DNA of 64,000 bases from Phycisphaerae bacterium. GTDB taxonomy: Bacteria > Planctomycetota > Phycisphaerae > FEN-1346 > JAACEH01. Numbering within the stretch: position 1 is the first letter of the stretch; each line of letters opens with the position of its first letter. The stretch spans positions 35,296 to 99,295 of the forward strand of contig JAAYDY010000105.1 of assembly GCA_012729015.1 (NCBI GenBank), in the 5' to 3' direction. The notes below the pieces were generated by a model. The model ran no database searches and was not told where the DNA came from. It was given only the letters and a program-made list of their open reading frames with translations. Below are positions 8,987 to 19,669 of the stretch, piece after piece. A program made the position numbers and the translations under genes.

Positions 8987-9703
8987 ATGCGTACCATAGC
9001 AATGCATTGTCTGTTTGTCGTCGTGACTCTGTTGATGATCTGCGGGGGCCCTGCCCTGGCTGCACCGCGCGATCGGGGCGATGATGACGACCTCAACCGC
9101 AACCGGCTGAAGATGGCGGGGCTGCTGGACGAGGCGCGCACCCTGGGACAGGAAGGCGGGCAGTTGACCCGCGAGGCCGTCGAAGGTCGCGTGCCCGATC
9201 GTACCAAGCCTGCCGCCGAGGGCGAGGGCGCACGCGAGGAACGCTGGATCGAGTTGACCGACGAAGAGCGGCTGTCGCGATTCGCCGACGCAAGGAAGAA
9301 GTTCGACGCCTCGTTCCGCAAGGTGACCGAGGTGGAGGAGTTCCTCAAAACGCATCCGGACATCATTCGCGAGAACATTCCCGCCGAGGCCAAGAAGAAA
9401 CTCCAGCAGGCGTGTTCGCGGACGCTGGTGGCCGAGGCCCGATTCCGCATGTCGAAGGACCTCGGCACCGCCAGCCAGTGGCGCAAACTGATCGACCAGG
9501 CGCTGAAACTCGACGCCGACAGCGTCGAGGCCAGGCGGGCGCAGGAAGAACTCCAGAAGAAGATCGACGAGCAGAGGGACAAGCAGAAGAGTGATGACCC
9601 GAAGGACAACCCGAAGAAGGACGACGCCGGCAGCGATGGGAACAAGAAGGACGGGGACCCGAAGGACGACAACCAGAAGAAGTCGGAAGACGGCAAGCAG
9701 TAG
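8987..9703 (+). CDS. Secreted hypothetical protein with signal peptide and K/D/E-rich low-complexity C-terminus
   Basis: ATG at 8987 preceded by GGGGGGAG. Hydrophobic signal sequence then charged coiled-coil-like region. Preferred over the antisense ORF 8764..9720. Confidence 0.45.
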   Translation: MRTIAMHCLFVVVTLLMICGGPALAAPRDRGDDDDLNRNRLKMAGLLDEARTLGQEGGQLTREAVEGRVPDRTKPAAEGEGAREERWIELTDEERLSRFADARKKFDASFRKVTEVEEFLKTHPDIIRENIPAEAKKKLQQACSRTLVAEARFRMSKDLGTASQWRKLIDQALKLDADSVEARRAQEELQKKIDEQRDKQKSDDPKDNPKKDDAGSDGNKKDGDPKDDNQKKSEDGKQ

Positions 9704-10135
9704 CCAGTGGCGCGGCGCATAAAAATCCCGGCAGGCTCGCGCTATGACCTGCCGGGCGTTTGGCGCCGACCATCGGCGCCCAACATTCGTCCGACACTCC
9801 TTCATGCAGAGCGTCGGCTGTTTTGTCTTCGTACCTGAATGATATGCGCCCGCCGTACACGGTCAACCCCTCTGAAAAAACAGGGTTTCGCGACGCGCAC
9901 TTCAGGTTAATAACGGGGCCATTCTGTAAGCCACAGGCTACAGAGTGTTCCAGCCCAATCTGTGGACACCTTGTGAAACCCTTCCGGTGCGACAATGGAC
10001 CGCGCCTATCGCTAGTCTTTCTGCGGTCGTAACGCAGCATTCCGCACGGCCTCGTCCTCGCTCTATCTTGTGGCGCTCCATCCACATGACTATCATAGGC
10101 GGCCTGTCGGTCTCTTTTCGGAGGCAAGGTGGTCC

Positions 10136-10480
10136 ATGGAAGTCGCTCACATCTTCGAAGCCGTGATGCTTTTCTGTTTCGGGTTCAGTTGGCCGGTGGC
10201 CATCCGCAAGACGCTCCGCGTGCGCATGGTCCACGGCAAGAGCGTGGGATTCCTGTACCTGGTGGTCGTCGGCTACCTGGCCGGCATCGTGATGAAGTTC
10301 CTGCGTGCCGATGGCGGCCTGCCCGACTGGGTGACGCTGCTTTACGCCACCAACGCCGTGATGGTCTCGATCGAGATTGTTCTGTATTACCGATTCCGTC
10401 GCGCGCCGACGGAGCCGGGGCTGGACCTGGTCCCCGAGTCGCCAGGGACCGACGTCGAACCGCCCGAGCACTGTCGCTGA
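10136..10480 (+). CDS. Small hypothetical membrane protein (~3 TM)
   Basis: Hydrophobic segments only. Start ambiguous (10070 or internal ATG at 10136). Confidence 0.25.
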   Translation: MEVAHIFEAVMLFCFGFSWPVAIRKTLRVRMVHGKSVGFLYLVVVGYLAGIVMKFLRADGGLPDWVTLLYATNAVMVSIEIVLYYRFRRAPTEPGLDLVPESPGTDVEPPEHCR

Positions 10481-10597
10481 TTGTCGCAGGTCACGGGGCG
10501 GCCTGCTTGGCCCTATTCTCCACGGCGTCGTGGTGCTATAATCCGCCTATTCGAATCGCTCCGGGACTCCAGGCGAGGGCTGCCGCGGCAGACACAC

Positions 10598-11482
10598 GTG
10601 GCCAGGTACGCGACGTTCCATAATCCGATCTCCGGTTCCGGTCGGGCCGCCGAGTTGGTCGGCCTGATCACGGCCGAGCTTCGAGCCCACGGTCACGAGG
10701 TGGCGGCGTTCGCCCCTCGCAGCCGCGAAGAAGCCGTCGAGCAGGCCCGGTCGCTGGACGAATCGCACGACGCCCTGCTGAGCGTCGGCGGCGACGGCAC
10801 GCACAACACGATTGCCAGCGGGCTGCTGGGGCGCCCCGTGCCGATGTTGCCTGTGCCGGCCGGCACCGAGAATGTCCTGTGCCGGGCTATCGACATACCG
10901 CCCGACCCGGTCCTGATACGCCAGATGCTGGAAACCGGCCGGGCGATCCCGGTGGACGTGGCAATGGCCAACGGCCACCCGTTCCTGATCATGAGCGGCG
11001 TGGGGTTCGACGCCGCCGTCACGCGGGAGGTGCACCGCCACCGCCGCGGCCCCATCCGCCGACGCGACTACTACCTGCCGTCGGTGCGGCTCTGGTGGGG
11101 CTACCGGTGGCCGCATCTGGCCATCGAGGTGGACGGCCGCACCGTCGCCGAGAACGCTGCCTTGGCCATCGTGGGCAACATGCGGCTGTACGCCGACAAG
11201 TTGCACATCTGCGCCGACGCGACGCCGACCGACGGTCTGCTGGACATCTGCGTGTTCACCAAACCCGGCCGGTGGCACCTCCTGAAGTACTTCCTGCTGA
11301 CCAAGGCCGGACGCCACACGCGATGCAGCGACGTGGTCTACCGCCAGGGCAAGCGTTTGGTCGTGCGACCGGTTGAGGGCGACGTGCCGTACCAGGTGGA
11401 CGGCGACGCTGTCGCGGCAGCGCCGGTCGAGTACACGATTCAGCCGGGCGGCATTCGATTGTTCACGCGTGTCGCCTTGTAG
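10598..11482 (+). CDS. Diacylglycerol-kinase-catalytic-domain family lipid kinase (YegS/BmrU-like)
   Basis: NPxSG…GGDGT motif and overall DAGK_cat fold. Start uncertain (TTG 10481 or GTG 10598). Confidence 0.6.
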   Translation: MARYATFHNPISGSGRAAELVGLITAELRAHGHEVAAFAPRSREEAVEQARSLDESHDALLSVGGDGTHNTIASGLLGRPVPMLPVPAGTENVLCRAIDIPPDPVLIRQMLETGRAIPVDVAMANGHPFLIMSGVGFDAAVTREVHRHRRGPIRRRDYYLPSVRLWWGYRWPHLAIEVDGRTVAENAALAIVGNMRLYADKLHICADATPTDGLLDICVFTKPGRWHLLKYFLLTKAGRHTRCSDVVYRQGKRLVVRPVEGDVPYQVDGDAVAAAPVEYTIQPGGIRLFTRVAL

Positions 11483-11519
11483 GACGAATTGTCACCCCTC
11501 AGCCAAGGAGTCGCAGACC

Positions 11520-12344
11520 ATGAATGTGTCGTCCGTAAAGGTGGGCAAGCTCAGCCTCGGCAACGGGCCGTTGTTCCTGATCGCCGGTCCTTGCGTGATC
11601 GAGTCGCCGGACCTCCTGCGTCGCGTGGCCGACGTGCTGGTGCCGATGGCCGCGCGTCTGGGCGTGCCCTTCGTGTTCAAGGCCTCGTTCGACAAGGCCA
11701 ACCGCTCGAGCGCCGGCAGCTACCGCGGCGTCGCCATGGACGAGGGGCTGGCGGACCTGGCCGCGATTCGCGACGCCTATGGGTGCCCGATTCTGTCGGA
11801 CATTCACGAGTCGGGCCAGGCCCCCGTGGCCGCCCAGGTGCTCGATTGTCTTCAGATTCCCGCTTTCCTGTGCCGCCAGACCGATCTGTTGCTGGCTGCC
11901 GCCGCCACGGCCAAGCCCGTCAACGTCAAGAAAGGCCAGTTCCTGGCCCCGTGGGACATGAAGAACGTGGTGGAGAAGATCGCCGGCGCCTCGCCGTGCG
12001 GCCAGGCGCGGCTCATGCTGACCGAGCGCGGCACCAGCTTCGGCTACAACCGCCTCGTGAGCGACATGACGGCCATTCCCACGATGCGCCAGTACGGCTA
12101 CCCCGTCATCTTCGACGCCACCCACAGCGTCCAGCAGCCCGGCGGCCTGGGCAACGCCAGCGGCGGCAACAGGGCCATGGTCCCGACGCTGGCCCGCGCA
12201 GCCGTGGCGGCCGGCTGCGACGGCCTCTTCCTGGAGGTCCACCCCGATCCGGACAAGGCCCTCAGCGACGGGCCCAACATGCTCGCGCTGCCCGAGGTGG
12301 AGCCCTTGATGAAGCAACTGCTGGCGATTCGGGCGGCCCTGTGA
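11520..12344 (+). CDS. kdsA: 3-deoxy-8-phosphooctulonate (KDO-8-P) synthase
   Basis: Full-length similarity to KdsA (…LFLIAGPCVIES…FKASFDKANRSS…, DATHSVQ). ATG at 11520 with AAGGAG 8 nt upstream. Confidence 0.85.
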   Translation: MNVSSVKVGKLSLGNGPLFLIAGPCVIESPDLLRRVADVLVPMAARLGVPFVFKASFDKANRSSAGSYRGVAMDEGLADLAAIRDAYGCPILSDIHESGQAPVAAQVLDCLQIPAFLCRQTDLLLAAAATAKPVNVKKGQFLAPWDMKNVVEKIAGASPCGQARLMLTERGTSFGYNRLVSDMTAIPTMRQYGYPVIFDATHSVQQPGGLGNASGGNRAMVPTLARAAVAAGCDGLFLEVHPDPDKALSDGPNMLALPEVEPLMKQLLAIRAAL

Positions 12345-12428
12345 CACACGTGCCAGAAGGCCATCGCGGGCTCTGTGTGTCTGTCATCGCGGCCGGAGAA
12401 GCCCGAGGAACCGAAGGAGGCTCGATCG

Positions 12429-12766
12429 TGACCGAACCCTACCGATCGCTGCTGGGACACCAGGAGGGCGCCCGGCGGCTCCACGTCCACCTGAGCGACC
12501 TCGACACGTCGCAAGCCGGGATGCATTACCAGCATGCGCACGCCGCCGAGGAAGCCGTCTACGTGATCGAAGGTCGGGCGCGCTACACCTTTGCCGGCAG
12601 CACGCACGAATGCGGCCCGGGCGATCTGGTGTTCTTTCCACCAAATGTGATGCACGCCGAGGTCGAGTACCGGAGCCCGAGACTGAAGTACCTGGTGATC
12701 CGGAGCGTGGAACCGGGCGATCCGCCCTGCTGTTGCGGGAAGGATCGCCCGTCGGCGGAGGCTTGA
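12429..12766 (+). CDS. Cupin-domain protein
   Basis: HxH…E…H cupin motifs (MHYQHAH…EGRARY…MHAE). GTG at 12429 with GGAGG 8 nt upstream. Confidence 0.5.
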
Positions 12767-12931
12767 CTCCTGTTGCGTCCCACGCGGACGGCCCAGGGCA
12801 GTTATACAGTACGTCGAGCGGAAGATGCCACGAATAACGCGTATCCTTGCCTCCCATTCGGGTTAAAAATCATGCAGGTCCGGCTCCGTTCGCCGCGACC
12901 GCGGACAACCACACCCTTCAGGAGACGCAGA

Positions 12932-14260
12932 ATGACCATTCCGCTTCGGCACATGATCCGCTTGGCAATGGCGGCCTCGACGGTCCTGGGCTTGTCCTGT
13001 GGCTGCACGCCGCAGGCCGACTCCGCTGCATGCTCGCCGGCCATGTCGCCCTACGCGGCCTGGGAGAACGGGCCGCCCACCGATCCCGGGTTCTTCCCCA
13101 TCGCTGTGTACCTCCAGGCGCCGCAGAATGCCTCGCGGTACAAGCAGATCGGCATCAACACCTACATCGACCTGTGGAAAGGGCCGACTGAGGAGCAGCT
13201 TGCCGAGCTTCGCCGTCACGGGATGAAGCTCATCTGCCAGCAGAATGAGGTCGGCCTGAAGTACCGCGGCGACCCGATGATCATCGGCTGGATGCAGGTG
13301 GACGAGCCCGACAACGCCCAGTCCATGGAGAAGGTCTGGAAGAATAACGTCGAGGCGATTCGCCAGGCGTGGCCCGACGAGAAGCCGTGGCAGGAGCGGA
13401 CGCTTGAGGACTGGGGCCAGTGGGGACCGCCCTACTCGCCCCAGCAGATCGTTGCACGCTACAAGGAGATGGTCGCCAACGATCCGACGCGGCCGGTGTA
13501 CCTGGGGCTCGGCGTGGGCGTGGCCTGGGATGAATGGCAGGGCCGCCGCCGCGCCGACCATCCGCAGGACTACCCGCGTTACATCGACGGGGCCGACATC
13601 GTCGGCTTCGACATCTACCCATTCGCCACGAGCGCTACGGCCGTCCTCGGCCAGGTGCACTATGTGCCCTACGGCGTGCGACGGCTGGGCAACTGGTCCC
13701 AGGGCCGCAAGATTCTCTGGAACTCGCTGGAGTGTACGGCCATGACCAGCCTCGACCGCAAGCCGACGCCCGAGCAGGTCCGCGGCGAAGTCTGGATGTC
13801 GCTGGTCCATGGCTCCATGGGCATCATCTACTTCGCCCACGTCATGGAGAAGGACCGCTTCAGCGAAACCGGGCTGCTTGACGACACGGCCATGGCCGAA
13901 GCGGTGTGCAGGACGAACCGCCAGATCGCGCGGTTGGCCCCGGTGCTGAACAGCCCGACCGTGCCGCTGGCGGCCACCGTCCAGGCCGACCCGCCCGACG
14001 TCAGCCGCGACAATGCCAGGTTCCTCGACGGCCAGCCCGTGGCGACAATGGTCAAGCAACATGACGGCGCCACATACCTTTTCGCCGTCCGCATGGAAGG
14101 CTCGCCCTGCAAGGCAACCTTCACCATCAAGGATTTGCCGGCCCGCGCGACGGCCGAGGTCATCGACGAGGACCGGACCCTGCAGCTGGTGGACGGCCGG
14201 TTGACCGACCAGTTCGACGCCTACGGCGTCCACCTCTACCGGATCACGCCGTTGCAGTGA
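12932..14260 (+). CDS. Secreted lipoprotein, putative TIM-barrel glycoside hydrolase
   Basis: Lipobox LGLSCGC after a signal peptide. QVDEPDN and DIVGFDIYPF motifs are reminiscent of GH5/GH42-type barrels. ATG 12932 preceded by GGAG. Confidence 0.45.
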   Translation: MTIPLRHMIRLAMAASTVLGLSCGCTPQADSAACSPAMSPYAAWENGPPTDPGFFPIAVYLQAPQNASRYKQIGINTYIDLWKGPTEEQLAELRRHGMKLICQQNEVGLKYRGDPMIIGWMQVDEPDNAQSMEKVWKNNVEAIRQAWPDEKPWQERTLEDWGQWGPPYSPQQIVARYKEMVANDPTRPVYLGLGVGVAWDEWQGRRRADHPQDYPRYIDGADIVGFDIYPFATSATAVLGQVHYVPYGVRRLGNWSQGRKILWNSLECTAMTSLDRKPTPEQVRGEVWMSLVHGSMGIIYFAHVMEKDRFSETGLLDDTAMAEAVCRTNRQIARLAPVLNSPTVPLAATVQADPPDVSRDNARFLDGQPVATMVKQHDGATYLFAVRMEGSPCKATFTIKDLPARATAEVIDEDRTLQLVDGRLTDQFDAYGVHLYRITPLQ

Positions 14261-14369
14261 CGCCCCCGCCCCGGCAGCGTGCCGGTCCGCATCGTCCGGA
14301 GCGACAGGGTTGCCTTCTCACGGCGGCCCTGTCGCTCCGGTGATTTCACGGTCGGGGCCTCGGCAGGGG

Positions 14370-15596
14370 CTACTGCCCTGCCGAGGCGCGAAAGAGAACC
14401 TGGAAGAAACTGAAGTAGACAAATGCGACGAGCCCTCCGACCACCAGCAGCAGCGCGGGTTCGAAGAGCGTCGTAAGCCACCGGATGCGTTCGCTCAGGC
14501 GGGTCTCATAGTGTGTGGCGAGTTCACTGAGAACATGGTCGAGTGAGCCGGTCAGTTCGCCGACGCGGACGGCCTCGCAGAAGACGGGATCGAAACGTTC
14601 GGCCTCCAGGGAGCGGGACAGGCTGCGGCCCTCCTGGAGGATCGCGTGGCCGATGCGTCCGAGGCGGCGGCGGAAGAGCTCATTGCCGAGGGAACCGCTG
14701 AGCAGATCGAGCGATTCGAGCAATGGGTGGCCGCTGGCGAGCAGGACCGAGAGCATGCGTGCGACCGAGAGCATCAGCGCCAGGCGGAGGAGCCGGCCGA
14801 CGAGCGGCAGATAGAGGATCGTGGCGTGCAGAACGAGTCGGGGCCTGGGGAGGCGCAAGGCAACAAAGATGGCGATGACGGCGCCGGCAACAGCGAGGCC
14901 CAGGTGGGTGCCGTGGTCGCGCAACCACGTGGACACGTCGATGAGCATGCGTGTCGAGTCGGGCAGCACGAGGTTCCGGTTGCTGAGAAAGGACTCGAAC
15001 TTCGGAATGATGTGCGTGACGAGATAGGCGACGACGCCGGTGGTCAACAGGACCAGAACGATGGGGTAGGTCATACCGGTGAGCAAGGCGGCGCGGAGTT
15101 GGCGGCGTCCGGCCATCACCCGGACAAGCTGGTCGAGAACAAGGGTCAACTGCCCGGTGGCCTCGGCGGCGCGGACCATGCCGACGGCGGAGGGAGAGAG
15201 AAAGCCTCGCTGGCGGGCCAGGGCGGAGGAAAACTTCTCGCCGCGCTCGACGGCTTCGATGAGGCGTGTCAGAATCCGCGCCATCAGGGGTTTGCGGGTC
15301 TGACGTCGGCAGGCGTCAAGGGCATCGACGACCGTCAGCCCGGACTTAAGGAGCAGGGCAAGCTGCTCGAGCAGGAGAATCTTGTCCTGGGTGCGGATGG
15401 GCAGCGGGCGGCGCAGAAACCAGCCGGCCCCGAGGTGTCGCGTGCCGGCATTGGCTTTGCCGCCAGCCTCAAGGGAGAGGACCAAGAGGCTCTGGGCACG
15501 GAGCTGGGTTGCGGCGGCGGACTGGTTGTCGGCCTCGATCCATCCCGACAGCCGCTGCCCGTGCGGGTCCATGGCCTTGTAACCGTAGAGGCTCAC
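14370..15596 (-). CDS. gspF: Type II secretion / type IV pilus platform protein GspF/PilC family
   Basis: 408 aa, two GspF repeats, three TM helices. GTG start overlaps the upstream stop. Confidence 0.85.
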   Translation of the reverse strand: MSLYGYKAMDPHGQRLSGWIEADNQSAAATQLRAQSLLVLSLEAGGKANAGTRHLGAGWFLRRPLPIRTQDKILLLEQLALLLKSGLTVVDALDACRRQTRKPLMARILTRLIEAVERGEKFSSALARQRGFLSPSAVGMVRAAEATGQLTLVLDQLVRVMAGRRQLRAALLTGMTYPIVLVLLTTGVVAYLVTHIIPKFESFLSNRNLVLPDSTRMLIDVSTWLRDHGTHLGLAVAGAVIAIFVALRLPRPRLVLHATILYLPLVGRLLRLALMLSVARMLSVLLASGHPLLESLDLLSGSLGNELFRRRLGRIGHAILQEGRSLSRSLEAERFDPVFCEAVRVGELTGSLDHVLSELATHYETRLSERIRWLTTLFEPALLLVVGGLVAFVYFSFFQVLFRASAGQ

Positions 15597-16777
15597 TCAT
15601 CGACCTCCAGGTGTCCGACGGGGGCGGCTTCGGCCCATGAGGTGATGCCCGATGCGACTTTGGCCAAGACGTCCTCGCGCAACGATCGGATCAGCGGCGT
15701 GGCGACCAGAATCTGCTCCTCGTTGTCGCGACGGTGGATGGCGGCGCGGGCGGCACGGTCGATTACGAAGAGCTCGAAGATGCCCACGCGTCCGTAGTAT
15801 CCCGTGCCTTCGCAATGGGGACAGCCGACCGGTTCGTAGAGCGTGGCGCCGTCGCCGAGCAAGGCCCGCTGCCGGGCGGTCGGTTCGACAGCTCGGCGGC
15901 ACTTCAGGCAGAGTCGCCGGACCAGCCGTTGGGAGAGGCAGGCGGTGAGGGTCGCGGCGACCATGTAGGGCTCGCATCCCATGTCCACCAGCCGCGTGAC
16001 GGCGGCGACAGCGGTGTTGGTGTGCAGGGTCGAGAGAACCAGGTGGCCGGTGGCGGCGGCGCGGAGCGCGATCTCGGCGGTCTCCTGGTCGCGGATTTCG
16101 CCGACCATCAGAATGTCGGGGTCGTGTCGCAGGATGGACCGCAGGGCCTTGGCGAAGGTCACCTTGCCGACGGCGTCCACCTGCATCTGGGAAACGCCCG
16201 GCAGCGAGTATTCGATGGGGTCCTCGACGGTCACGATATTGACCTCGTCGCGATTGAGCACCCCGAGGGCCGTGTAGAGGGTGGTGCTCTTGCCGCTGCC
16301 GGTGGGTCCGGTGACCAGAAGGAATCCCTGCGGACGGGCGATGAGTTCGCGGAATCGCTTCTCGACGATCGGATCCATGCCCAGTTGCTCGACGGCGACG
16401 GCGTCCATGCCGGTGCCGAGCAGGCGAAGGGTCATTCGTTCGCCGTGACTGGTGGCGGCCGTGGCAACGCGGACGTCCACTTCGGCCTGCGGCCGCAGCG
16501 GGTGCGCCAGCTTGAAGCTGCCGTCCTGCGACTGTCGGGACTCGGCGATGTCGAGCGAGGCCAGCACCTTCAGCCGTGAGACCATCGGCTCGCACTGTGC
16601 CGCGGGCAGGTTCTGGCGGTAGGCGCGGAGGCGCCCATCGACTCGGAACCGGATGCGATATCCGGTGCGGCCGGGTTCGATATGAACGTCGGTGGCGTGG
16701 TGAGAGAAGGCGTCGCGGAACATCATATCGATGAACCGCCCTGCCCCGCCGCCCAGGGAATCGGAGAGTCGGGTCAT
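15593..16777 (-). CDS. gspE: GspE/PilB-family secretion ATPase (short form)
   Basis: Walker A GPTGSGKST, Asp/His boxes, C-terminal tetracysteine CxxC…CxxC. The real CDS is the C-terminal 394 aa of the 965-aa ORF. ATG at 16777 overlaps the upstream stop (ATGA). Confidence 0.85.
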   Translation of the reverse strand: MTRLSDSLGGGAGRFIDMMFRDAFSHHATDVHIEPGRTGYRIRFRVDGRLRAYRQNLPAAQCEPMVSRLKVLASLDIAESRQSQDGSFKLAHPLRPQAEVDVRVATAATSHGERMTLRLLGTGMDAVAVEQLGMDPIVEKRFRELIARPQGFLLVTGPTGSGKSTTLYTALGVLNRDEVNIVTVEDPIEYSLPGVSQMQVDAVGKVTFAKALRSILRHDPDILMVGEIRDQETAEIALRAAATGHLVLSTLHTNTAVAAVTRLVDMGCEPYMVAATLTACLSQRLVRRLCLKCRRAVEPTARQRALLGDGATLYEPVGCPHCEGTGYYGRVGIFELFVIDRAARAAIHRRDNEEQILVATPLIRSLREDVLAKVASGITSWAEAAPVGHLEVDE

Positions 16778-17862
16778 GGCGTCCTCGTTCCGCCGTTGCC
16801 GGCGTAGTGCTTCATCCAGCGGTCGAACACGTCGGGCATGGCGCTCTGTCGTCGCGCCTCGTGCGTCTGGACGCGTCCGCCGGCGGCGAGCATGGCCAGG
16901 GACTGTTCCATGGTCTGCATGCCGTCGGCGCGGGCATTCTCCATGGCGCTGTACATCTGTTCGGTCTTTCGCTGACGGACCATGTTGGCCACGGCGGGGG
17001 TGATTCGAAGGACCTCGACGGCGGGCAGGCGACGGTCCCCCTGGCGGGCGACGACGAGCCGCTGGCTGACGACGACGCGCAGGACCATGGACATCTGCTG
17101 AGCGATGAGCGGCTGCTCGGCGGCCGGGAACATGCCGAGGAGTCGCTCCATGGCGCCGACGGCCGAGCCGGTGTGAAGGGTGGAGAAGACGAGGTGCCCC
17201 GTCTCGGCGGCGGTGACGGCGGCCCGCATGGTCTCCAGGTCTCTCATTTCGCCGATAAGGATGACGTCGGGGTCTTCGCGCATCGCGGCGCGGACGGCCG
17301 AGGGAAAGTCCGGCACGTCGCTGTGCAGCTCGCGCTGGTGGACCAGGCTGCCGCCGTTGTGATAGAGATACTCGATGGGGTCCTCGATGGTGACGACGTG
17401 GCAGGCGCGAGTACGGCAGATGGTGTCGAGAATGGTCGCCAGGGTGGTGGTCTTTCCCGAGCCGGTCGGTCCGGTCATGAGCACCAGGCCGTCGTGAAGA
17501 AGGGCCAGGTCGCCGAGCGACTCGGGAAGGCCGAGGTCCTGGAACGAGCGGAATCGGCTTTCGAGGCGGCGGAACGTGGCGGCAAGACTGCCCCGGTGCT
17601 GGTACAGGTGGCCGCGGAACCGCGTGCCGTTGGAGGACGCCAGGGCCAGGTCGAGGACACCCGTTTCGTCGAACAGGGTCCGCCGCGACGGCGGCAACTG
17701 GGCCACCGCGGCCGCGAGGTCGGGCGGCTCCACGTCGAGCGTCTGGAGATTGCCCTGGCAGCGCAGCCACGGCGGCTGACCCTGCGTCAGGTGCAGGTCG
17801 GAGGCATCGCGGGCGATGCACAGGTCGAGCAGGCTCATGAGCGAAGGGGTCAGCGGGATCAT
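16774..17862 (-). CDS. pilT: PilT-like twitching-motility/retraction ATPase
   Basis: GPTGSGKTTTLA Walker A and PilT-type C-terminus (no Zn tetracysteine). Start at MIPLTPS (ATG 17862). Confidence 0.8.
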   Translation of the reverse strand: MIPLTPSLMSLLDLCIARDASDLHLTQGQPPWLRCQGNLQTLDVEPPDLAAAVAQLPPSRRTLFDETGVLDLALASSNGTRFRGHLYQHRGSLAATFRRLESRFRSFQDLGLPESLGDLALLHDGLVLMTGPTGSGKTTTLATILDTICRTRACHVVTIEDPIEYLYHNGGSLVHQRELHSDVPDFPSAVRAAMREDPDVILIGEMRDLETMRAAVTAAETGHLVFSTLHTGSAVGAMERLLGMFPAAEQPLIAQQMSMVLRVVVSQRLVVARQGDRRLPAVEVLRITPAVANMVRQRKTEQMYSAMENARADGMQTMEQSLAMLAAGGRVQTHEARRQSAMPDVFDRWMKHYAGNGGTRTP

Positions 17863-18512
17863 TCTTGCACCTTCCAGCCAAGCAGCAGCGTGACACGAAG
17901 CCCGGGGCCTCCGGGACCATCGGGCCCCCTGGGCGACAGTTTGGAATCGGCGGCAACCTCCCACCTGAGCGGCAACACGTTCGGGTGCTCGCGATGAAGC
18001 TCGCCGAAGAAGGCCCGGATGCCGGGGAACGTGGCGACGGCCGTGGACCGCCAGACGACAAGCGGCTGGCCGGCGGCGTCCATGCGCTGAAGCAAGGTGG
18101 ACTCGATCCGCGTCTGCCTGTCGATCCGGCCGCCGCGCGGCGACGGAAGGTCGTCGGACACATCGGCGACGGCGCGCGCCTTGACGAGTGCGGAGGCCGG
18201 GACCGGCGGTTCGTCGGACACCATGACGAAGCCGCAACGCTGCATGAGGTCGAGCACGGACCGGCGGTCGGGGCGCGGCACCGCTGGGGCCGCGTCGGCC
18301 AGCAGGGTTTGTGCCCGGGCGAGTTGTCCCTGCAACTGCTCGTGGCGGAGAGTCTCGTCGTCAAGCCGCTGCTGGAGTTCGGCGGCCGACGACACGTCGG
18401 GCCTCTGGCAAATCTCGTCCTGGAGGCGGCGGTGTCGATGGACGAAGAGGCCCGCCGCAATGGCCAGCGCGAGGAATGTCGCCGTGGCAAAGTGTCGCGC
18501 GTTGCCGGTCAT
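17859..18512 (-). CDS. Bitopic membrane protein, GspM/PilO-like assembly component (putative)
   Basis: Single N-terminal TM (FATATFLALAIAAGLF) followed by a coiled-coil. Position between GspL-like and ATPase genes. 4-nt overlaps on both sides. Confidence 0.4.
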   Translation of the reverse strand: MTGNARHFATATFLALAIAAGLFVHRHRRLQDEICQRPDVSSAAELQQRLDDETLRHEQLQGQLARAQTLLADAAPAVPRPDRRSVLDLMQRCGFVMVSDEPPVPASALVKARAVADVSDDLPSPRGGRIDRQTRIESTLLQRMDAAGQPLVVWRSTAVATFPGIRAFFGELHREHPNVLPLRWEVAADSKLSPRGPDGPGGPGLRVTLLLGWKVQE

Positions 18513-19666
18513 GGCGCCCCTCCCTCTCCGCGAACGGTGCAGCGGTAGGCGAACGGGTACCGGGCCCGGCCGTCGGGCGTTTCGATGCGGCGAGTATCCT
18601 CCGCCGGATCGGCCCGCAGGCAGGTGCCCCCGGCCACGAGGGCCTGACGAAACGCCTCGTTGGTTTCGATCGACGGACCCCACCCTCGAATGATCACGCG
18701 GCCGTCGGGTTCGTCGCAGCACTCCTGGACCACAAGCCCCTGCGGCGTCCGCTGCGCCAGTGCGTCGAGCACCCTGGCCGGGCGGAGCCGGTAGTCAGGC
18801 ACAAGACGCTGCTGGAGTTGAATGCGGCGACGTGCGGCGGCTATCTCGGCGGCCAGTTTCTCGTTGGCAGTTCGGGCCGCCTCGGCCTGACCGGCCAGGT
18901 CCAGGCGAACCGCCCAGGCCGCACGATCCTGCTCCAGTCGGAGCCAGGCAAAAGCCAGCCACGCGGCACAAGCCACTCCAGCGAGGGCGTAGAGCCACTG
19001 TCTCGTCAGGACGATTCGGCGGGCGGCCCGCGGTCCTGGCGCTACGCACAGCACGGGCGTCCGCTCGTCGGCACACAGATAGTGCCGCGCCGCCTCCAGG
19101 ATCGGTTCGCCAGCATCCGCGGCCGGACCGGCAGCGTCGGTTGCGACGGCGGGCGACTCGAGGGGATAGATGCCTCGCAGACGCAGGCGGTGTGCCGTCA
19201 GTTCACGCGTCCACGCCGGAAGCGCGTCCGCGGGAAGAGCCCCGGCGAGGATTTCCCTGGTCCCGTTGCCGGAGGACGGCAGCACGCGGTGGCAGTAGTG
19301 GACGTCGGCCGAATGGTGAAAGCGTTCGGCGACGCGCGGCTCCAGTTCCCATCGCACCAATTGCTGCAACTCGTCCCCGACGGGAAGCGTCGCGGGCGGG
19401 ACGGGCAGCACGATCCGGTGCAGAAGGAAGTGCGATGTCAGCAGGATGGCGTCCATTGGAGCGCCGTTGCCGGCCGAGCCGTTGACGGCGCTGCGCAGGG
19501 CGTCGGCCAGGGATGCAGCGGGGTCGCCGCGCCGTCGCACCTGGGGCGTTCCGTCGGGCGATGCGGCTACGATCTCGCATCGCCACGAGGCGCCGTCGGA
19601 CGCAATGGCCACGACCTGCGACGGATGGCGGCGACGACCTCGGAGGTTGTTTAGCAGATCGACCAT
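18509..19666 (-). CDS. GspL-like protein (cytoplasmic domain, TM, periplasmic domain)
   Basis: Central TM (LYALAGVACAAWLAFAWL) followed by a coiled-coil. Topology and operon position only. Confidence 0.4.
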   Translation of the reverse strand: MVDLLNNLRGRRRHPSQVVAIASDGASWRCEIVAASPDGTPQVRRRGDPAASLADALRSAVNGSAGNGAPMDAILLTSHFLLHRIVLPVPPATLPVGDELQQLVRWELEPRVAERFHHSADVHYCHRVLPSSGNGTREILAGALPADALPAWTRELTAHRLRLRGIYPLESPAVATDAAGPAADAGEPILEAARHYLCADERTPVLCVAPGPRAARRIVLTRQWLYALAGVACAAWLAFAWLRLEQDRAAWAVRLDLAGQAEAARTANEKLAAEIAAARRRIQLQQRLVPDYRLRPARVLDALAQRTPQGLVVQECCDEPDGRVIIRGWGPSIETNEAFRQALVAGGTCLRADPAEDTRRIETPDGRARYPFAYRCTVRGEGGAP

Positions 19667-19669
19667 AGC

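Noticed and set aside
8764-9720. 318-aa minus-strand ORF
   Set aside because: Ser/Phe/Leu-rich low-complexity translation. The plus-strand ORF 8987..9703 has a proper signal peptide and a strong RBS, so it was preferred.
15593-18490. 965-aa ORF
   Set aside because: N-terminal two-thirds is an out-of-frame read-through across the pilT-like and GspM-like genes. Only the C-terminal 394 aa form the GspE-like ATPase (start 16777).
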